DNA of 24,278 nt, from the NCBI GenBank assembly GCA_034717975.1, contig JAYEMF010000098.1:13160-37437 (forward strand), written 5' to 3'. The position numbers and the translations under genes are program-made. This stretch comes from Campylobacterota bacterium (GTDB lineage: Bacteria; Campylobacterota; Campylobacteria; Campylobacterales; Sulfurimonadaceae). The notes beneath the pieces are model-generated. The model did not search any database and was not told the origin of the DNA. It saw nothing but the letters and a program-made list of their open reading frames with translations. This document shows, in pieces, positions 18,946-24,278 of the stretch; within the stretch, counting starts at the first letter, position 1; the number at the start of each line of letters is the position of its first letter.

Positions 18946-19781
18946 TATTTTCCTAATACAGCTTTATATTTCTTTTTAGAAGCATCTTTTACACCGTCAA
19001 AGTAGAGGGTAGGTGTACCGTTAACCATCAGGTTCATCACAACATTCTGGTCATGCTTGAACTGCGCTTCTACCTCTGGAGTATGAATATCCGTCACTTT
19101 AATATTGGTATTGAGTGTTTTATTGAAGGCTGCCAGGATCTTCGTCTCATCTGTTTCTCTGGCATTGACTTCAACCTTGTACATATTCAGAACAACATCA
19201 CGCCGCCCCTGATGTTCAGCAGCAATGGCAGCTTTTGTCAAAGCAACAGCAGCCGGGTGCATTGAGGCAAGCGGCAGATGGTAGTAGTAGATGGCGACTT
19301 TATCAGGATGTGCACGCATCTCGTTAATAGCTTCAGGTACGAAACGTCGGCAGAACGGGCAGAGCGGGTCAGAGAAGATCGCGACTTTATGCTCTGCATC
19401 GGCATTGCCGTAGATTCGGTTCTCTTTGGTATAAAACTCCGGTTTGAACTTTGGTGCCAATGTAGAGCTAAGAGGCTGTCCTGTCTTTATATTGGTCAGG
19501 TCCTGAGCCATAATAGTCCCATTTGAAAAATAGACCATACGCTGTCTAATCGATTTCGTTGATTCACCAGCCTTGATATTGGCTTTGATCAGAACAATAT
19601 AGGCAGTCCAGCCTTTAAGCTCCTGCATAGGAACTTTTTCAATCACCTTAATATCCGTAGAGACAAGATTTGGATTTCTCTCAAAGTTTTTTTTCAAAAA
19701 ACCGATCAGATCACTCTCGGCAGATCCGAACAGGCTAATGCTTAGTAGTAGTATCGCTGATAATTTCGACATCAATGACAT
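18945..19781 (-). CDS. Exported DsbA/DsbG-like thioredoxin-fold protein (disulfide bond formation)
   Basis: FSDPLCPFC (CxxC) and VNGTPT cis-Pro loop. Start reassigned to ATG 19781 ([19 protein letters not shown], signal peptide) with AAGGA 5 nt upstream, instead of 19847. Confidence 0.88.
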   Translation of the reverse strand: MSLMSKLSAILLLSISLFGSAESDLIGFLKKNFERNPNLVSTDIKVIEKVPMQELKGWTAYIVLIKANIKAGESTKSIRQRMVYFSNGTIMAQDLTNIKTGQPLSSTLAPKFKPEFYTKENRIYGNADAEHKVAIFSDPLCPFCRRFVPEAINEMRAHPDKVAIYYYHLPLASMHPAAVALTKAAIAAEHQGRRDVVLNMYKVEVNARETDETKILAAFNKTLNTNIKVTDIHTPEVEAQFKHDQNVVMNLMVNGTPTLYFDGVKDASKKKYKAVLGK

Positions 19782-20154
19782 TTTCATCCTTTTGTTGTTG
19801 GGTTGGTGGGTTTTTATGATCGGATTTTGGCGCATAACGGTTAACAAACATACTCGTGATCACTGTAAACTGCATCAACAGGCCGATTATGTCAGTAAAA
19901 AAACCTGGTACAATAAGCAGAACAGCGCCAAACAGGGTAAACATGTTTAGTTTCTGAAACTGCTGCAGATCGATGCGGTTCATCGAAACCTGGCGCATGT
20001 TTTCGCTCAAGGTTTCTCTGAAACGCATTAGAATGGAGACACCGATCAGAGCCGAAAAGATAATCTCGATAAAGGTTGATATTCCCCCGATCGCTGAAGC
20101 GATATTGACGGAAATAAGAACTTCCAAAAAGAGATAGATCAGAAAATAGATCAT
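19735..20154 (-). CDS. FxsA-family membrane protein
   Basis: [25 protein letters not shown]-terminal VIDVEII; located between proS and hemC. Confidence 0.9.
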   Translation of the reverse strand: MIYFLIYLFLEVLISVNIASAIGGISTFIEIIFSALIGVSILMRFRETLSENMRQVSMNRIDLQQFQKLNMFTLFGAVLLIVPGFFTDIIGLLMQFTVITSMFVNRYAPKSDHKNPPTQQQKDENVIDVEIISDTTTKH

Positions 20155-21854
20155 TTGATCATTTCCATTATGGTCTCAAAAACTGTATCGGCACTCACTG
20201 AACTCTTCTCCAGCGACTCTCGATCCATGATCTGGACCATACCGTTTGCCAGCTCTTTACCGATAATGACCGTGTACGGGAAACCGATCAGTTCGGCATC
20301 TTTCATCTTAAAGCCGAAGCGCTCTTTACGGTCATCGAAGATCACTTCAACACCCTGTTCCTGCAGCTGGCTATAGAGTTTTTCACCCAGTGCCAGTTGC
20401 TCTTCATCTTTAATGTTCGACACCATCACATTGATCAGATAAGGCGCTGTCGTCTTCGTCCAGACACACCCTTTCTCATCATGGTGCTGTTCGATCACGG
20501 CAGCGATCAGACGGCTGACACCCATTCCATAGGTTCCCATTACGAATGGTTCGGCCTGCCCTTTCTCATTCAGGAACTCCGCCTTCAACGGCTTGGAGTA
20601 GGCAGTCCCCAGTTTAAAGATATGACCTACTTCAATCCCTTTGGTAAAGGAAAGTCTGCCTGAACAGTGTGGACAGCCCTCACCCTCTTTGGCTTCATAC
20701 AGTTCAGCGAAGATCATTCCATCACTCTCTTCCAGTGAAAGACCGCTGACGTGGTAATCTGCTTCATTCGCACCGCAGACCATATCGGTCGCACCACGAA
20801 GCGCATCATCAAAAATTGCTTTCACATCACCCAGACCGTCCGGTCCGATAAAACCGGGAACCAGACCGGCAGCCGAGAGTTCTTCTTCAGTGGCATCGAC
20901 AAGATCAAGTGCGCCAGCGGCATTAACCGCTTTGACTTCCTGCAGATCATCACTACCACGCAAAAAGAAAACAACGATCTCATCAGACTCTTCGTAGATG
21001 GCACGTTTGGCAACCGCTTTGATCGTGTAGTAAGGATCGATACTGAAGAGATCAGAGAGTTCATCGATCGACTTAATTGCCGGTGTATGCACCTTTTCAG
21101 GACTGAGTGATGGCACTGCAGGGAGGTCTGTACGCTCACGACGGTGCGCCGCTTCAATATTGGCGCCATACTCACAGCTGTCACATACCGCGAGAGTGTC
21201 TTCACCGCTTTCAGCCAGTACCATCAGCTCTTTTGAACCTGATCCGCCGATCGCGCCGCTGTCTGCTTCGACGATCCGGAACTCCAGACCAAGGCGCTCC
21301 AGGATACGCTTGTAAGCCGCTTCCATTGCATCAAACTCACGGTCAAGATCGGCACTGTCCGCATGAAAACTGTAGCCGTCTTTCATCACGAACTCTCGCC
21401 CGCGCATCAGACCAAAGCGCGGCCTTGCTTCATCACGAAACTTTGTCTTGATCTGGTAAAGATTGAGAGGAAGCTGTTTGTAGCTCGTCACACGGTTTCG
21501 CACGATGTTGACCATCATCTCTTCATGGGTCGGTCCCAGTACAAAAAGGTTGTCTTTGCGGTCACGAAAGCGCAGCAGCTCTTTACCGAACTTCTCGATC
21601 CGGCCGCTCTCTTCCCAAAGCTCAGCCGGTGTTACAAAGCTGAGCTCGACCTCTTGCGCACCGGCACGTTCCATCTCTTCATTAATGATCTTCTCGATCT
21701 TTTTCAGGACTCTTTTTGCCAGCGGAAGATAGTTATAGAGACCACTTGCCACCTGTGTAATGAAACCGGCACGAGAAAGATAGATATGACTTGGCAGTAC
21801 CGCATCATTTGGTGTCTCTTTCGTTGTTGGAATATATGCTTTGCTAAATCTCAT
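20151..21854 (-). CDS. proS: Proline--tRNA ligase
   Basis: [46 protein letters not shown], editing insertion (CGANEADYH), [11 protein letters not shown]. Confidence 0.98.
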   Translation of the reverse strand: MRFSKAYIPTTKETPNDAVLPSHIYLSRAGFITQVASGLYNYLPLAKRVLKKIEKIINEEMERAGAQEVELSFVTPAELWEESGRIEKFGKELLRFRDRKDNLFVLGPTHEEMMVNIVRNRVTSYKQLPLNLYQIKTKFRDEARPRFGLMRGREFVMKDGYSFHADSADLDREFDAMEAAYKRILERLGLEFRIVEADSGAIGGSGSKELMVLAESGEDTLAVCDSCEYGANIEAAHRRERTDLPAVPSLSPEKVHTPAIKSIDELSDLFSIDPYYTIKAVAKRAIYEESDEIVVFFLRGSDDLQEVKAVNAAGALDLVDATEEELSAAGLVPGFIGPDGLGDVKAIFDDALRGATDMVCGANEADYHVSGLSLEESDGMIFAELYEAKEGEGCPHCSGRLSFTKGIEVGHIFKLGTAYSKPLKAEFLNEKGQAEPFVMGTYGMGVSRLIAAVIEQHHDEKGCVWTKTTAPYLINVMVSNIKDEEQLALGEKLYSQLQEQGVEVIFDDRKERFGFKMKDAELIGFPYTVIIGKELANGMVQIMDRESLEKSSVSADTVFETIMEMIK

Positions 21855-23136
21855 AGCTATTTGTTTCCTTCTTCATATAGATACTCATCGGGCAGCTCTT
21901 CTCTCTCTCGGCAAGTAAAAAGTTCAGTGACTCCATCAGGATATCTGATTTTGTCTCACCTGAGACATCACGCATATTTGCAGTCATGTCATGTAAAAAA
22001 CGTTTCAGGGCCTGCTCGCTTAGTTTCTGAGCCTGAGCACGGTATTCTGAAGGAATAAATCCACTGCTGATAACTCGCTCCGTCTCTGCCTCGGCCGCTT
22101 GCTGTGCACGCAGATATATCTCTTTGATCATTGGTTCTACTGAGAGTGACTGCAACCAGTCGAAGAACTCCATCGTATAACGTCCGACAATGACGTAACA
22201 CGCTTTTGCCTCATCTTCACGCATCGTAATATTTTCATTCACGATCTCTTTCAGGTCATCGACTCTGAAAAGCAAGATACCGTCCCGATCTTCCAGATCG
22301 ACATCACGCGGTATCGCAATATCGAACCAGTAGCGGGTAAACTCTTGTGATGTAACGATATCGTCGGTCAAGATGGGTTCCTGCGCACCGGTCGAGGTAA
22401 AGAGCATTGTTGACGTATGAGCCAGCTTTTCAAGTGCCTCAAAGTCATCTACCTTACAACCCACCTCTTCGGCAATCGCTTCAGCCTTAGAACGGGTACG
22501 GTTGATGATGGTCACATCGGCACCGCCGGAGAGCAGATGCTTGGCAATGATCACCGACATCTCACCGGCGCCGACCACCAGAGCACTTTTGCCTCTGATC
22601 TCACCGATCTTGCTTTTTGCCTGAGCAACTGCCACACTTGCCACTGAAACCGGTTTGGACGAAATATCACTGACATTACGAACCTCTGCAGCACACTTTA
22701 GTGAATGATGAATGGCACGTGAGATCTTTTGAGCACAGAAGTTATTGCTGTGTGCATAGCGATAGGCATCTTTGAGTTGACCGGCGATCTGCGTCTCACC
22801 GATAACCATTGAATCAAGCGAGCTGGCCACGGTAAAAAGGTGGTGGATCGCCCCCTGGTCTTCAAAAACATCGGCACGGCCTTCAAGCTCTTCGAGTGAC
22901 ATTCCGGACCGTTCTGCCAGCAGGGTGAAAAGATGTTCAGTGGCATCAATCACACTGTTACAGCTGATGAATATCTCCATCCGGTTGCACGTTGAGAGCA
23001 GAAGTGATTCATCGATAGCTGAATGTGAATTGATCTTGCTCAGGCAGGCATTCATCTCCTCATCAGGAAAAGCCAGCTTTTCCCGGATCATCAATGTCGT
23101 GTTCTTGTGATTAAAACTGATTGTTAAATAATGCAT
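21844..23136 (-). CDS. hemA: Glutamyl-tRNA reductase
   Basis: LSTCNRME (catalytic Cys), [29 protein letters not shown]. Confidence 0.97.
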   Translation of the reverse strand: MHYLTISFNHKNTTLMIREKLAFPDEEMNACLSKINSHSAIDESLLLSTCNRMEIFISCNSVIDATEHLFTLLAERSGMSLEELEGRADVFEDQGAIHHLFTVASSLDSMVIGETQIAGQLKDAYRYAHSNNFCAQKISRAIHHSLKCAAEVRNVSDISSKPVSVASVAVAQAKSKIGEIRGKSALVVGAGEMSVIIAKHLLSGGADVTIINRTRSKAEAIAEEVGCKVDDFEALEKLAHTSTMLFTSTGAQEPILTDDIVTSQEFTRYWFDIAIPRDVDLEDRDGILLFRVDDLKEIVNENITMREDEAKACYVIVGRYTMEFFDWLQSLSVEPMIKEIYLRAQQAAEAETERVISSGFIPSEYRAQAQKLSEQALKRFLHDMTANMRDVSGETKSDILMESLNFLLAEREKSCPMSIYMKKETNSYEI

Positions 23137-24026
23137 CAGTAACTACGCTCCATCATCGCTTCAATGATAGCAACTAGTTCAGGCTCATCACTGACTGCGG
23201 CCATAGCCTCTTGAGAGAGCTTACCTGCCAGCATATAGGAGCGTTCGACTGTCTGATGCTCTTTCATCTTAGCCTTGACCCATGCGGTATCATCACCATC
23301 AAGCACTTTTGCATGAAAACTTTTCAGTTTTTCTTTCTCAGCTCCAGAGAGTGCCTCGTAAAGATAGATATAGGGCAGAGTGCACTTGCCTTCGACAAAA
23401 TCATTCATCGCCGGCTTGCCCAGTGTCGCTTCATCCGAGACGATATCGAGAATATCATCGATGATCTGAAATGCCAGACCAAGGTTTTTACCATATACAG
23501 CGTAACGCTCAGCATCTTTGCCCGCCAGCAGTGCAGCACTTTTAGCTGATGCTTCGATCAGTGAGGCCGTTTTAAGATAGAGCATATGAAGGTATTGCGC
23601 TTCGTCGTCATTGAAAGACTCGGCCATCCTGACATCCATCATCTCTCCGACAGAGAGTGCGGTAACGGCGTCGGCAACAGTCTGGGCAATCGCCTTATCG
23701 AAAGAGACCAGTGAACTAAATCCTTTTGAATAGAGAATATCCCCCAGCATGATTGCTGTCTTGCTACCTTCAGTCGCATTGACAGAAGGTACACCACGGC
23801 GCAGGGAGGCATCATCGATCACATCATCATGAAGCAGGCTGGCTGCATGGATCAGCTCAATAATCGCGCCCAGAAGTGGAGCGTCTTCATGATCATGGGC
23901 GATCTTCTGTACCAGTCTGGCACGCAGGCGTTTACCACCCTTAAGCGTCTTAAAGAGTTTTGGAACTTCATCGTAACCGACCTCTTCAACCAGTTCTATA
24001 ATCGCTTTTTCTACTCGTTCACTCAT
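23136..24026 (-). CDS. Polyprenyl diphosphate synthase (IspB-like)
   Basis: GGKRLR, ASLLHDDVID...RRG (FARM), FQIIDDILD (SARM), GKP..ND..EGK.TLP. Confidence 0.95.
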   Translation of the reverse strand: MSERVEKAIIELVEEVGYDEVPKLFKTLKGGKRLRARLVQKIAHDHEDAPLLGAIIELIHAASLLHDDVIDDASLRRGVPSVNATEGSKTAIMLGDILYSKGFSSLVSFDKAIAQTVADAVTALSVGEMMDVRMAESFNDDEAQYLHMLYLKTASLIEASAKSAALLAGKDAERYAVYGKNLGLAFQIIDDILDIVSDEATLGKPAMNDFVEGKCTLPYIYLYEALSGAEKEKLKSFHAKVLDGDDTAWVKAKMKEHQTVERSYMLAGKLSQEAMAAVSDEPELVAIIEAMMERSY

Positions 24027-24278
24027 TCACATCTTCTTTTTCATTCAGGTATTTCAACACAAACGTCTCATCATCATCGCGCAACATCAGCTCAAACAGT
24101 GCTTCGTTCTTTTCATAATCAAACTCTTTGAATTTAACCAGAATAAACGGGATCTTCAAATTCTTCGGTACCGCCGAAGAGAGTTCGATTCTAAAGCTCT
24201 GGTTATGATGATTTTGCGCCATGATATGCTGGGCGACAATCCCATCGAACGTTCTAAACAGGACAAGTCTCTCATTCT
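24019..24278 (-). CDS. Conserved hypothetical protein, 3' part only (begins beyond the right edge)
   Basis: The frame of the 67-aa ORF stays open to the window edge (NERLVLFRTFDGIVAQHIMAQNHH...); its end overlaps the polyprenyl synthase start, consistent with an operon. Confidence 0.7.
   Translation of the reverse strand, partial: NERLVLFRTFDGIVAQHIMAQNHHNQSFRIELSSAVPKNLKIPFILVKFKEFDYEKNEALFELMLRDDDETFVLKYLNEKEDVNE

Noticed and set aside
19782..19847. 22-aa N-terminal extension of the Dsb-like ORF in the track
   Set aside because: It lies deep within fxsA; ATG 19781 has a better RBS and gives a normal signal peptide.
21363..22058. 231-aa plus-strand ORF across proS/hemA
   Set aside because: Antisense to two essential genes, no motifs; codon-bias shadow.
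16035..24278. Polyprenyl synthase-hemA-proS-fxsA-hemC-ubiD cluster as a new heme/quinone system
   Set aside because: It matches the known conserved Campylobacterota arrangement of housekeeping genes.

Overview
A mostly ordinary housekeeping segment whose gene order and protein style suggest a Campylobacterota (epsilonproteobacterial, Sulfurimonas/Sulfurovum-like) chromosome; this lineage assignment is an inference. Two conserved minus-strand clusters dominate: (i) partial hypothetical - polyprenyl synthetase - hemA - proS - FxsA-family - DsbA-like thioredoxin - hemC - UbiD-family menaquinone decarboxylase, followed by a small c-type cytochrome, argH and an OsmC-family gene; (ii) pheS - pheT - aroA - ispH - rpsA - hypothetical - serA. 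A HIT-family gene and an MltC-like lytic transglycosylase lie on the plus strand between them. The accessory content is missing from the ORF track: positions 1-2141 (minus) hold the 5' end (713 codons, no stop in window) of a LapA-like giant adhesin with a retention module, a LapG-type TAAG motif, four Ig-like domains and the start of a DNA-identical 270-bp repeat array. Two small non-coding elements stand out: a CGTC-type REP doublet between hemC and the decarboxylase gene, and a symmetric inverted heptamer array between the convergent transglycosylase and osmC-like genes. No rRNA, tRNA, CRISPR array, transposase or phage gene was seen. I cannot support a wholly new multi-gene system here; the best leads are the adhesin, its upstream palindromes and the two repeat elements.
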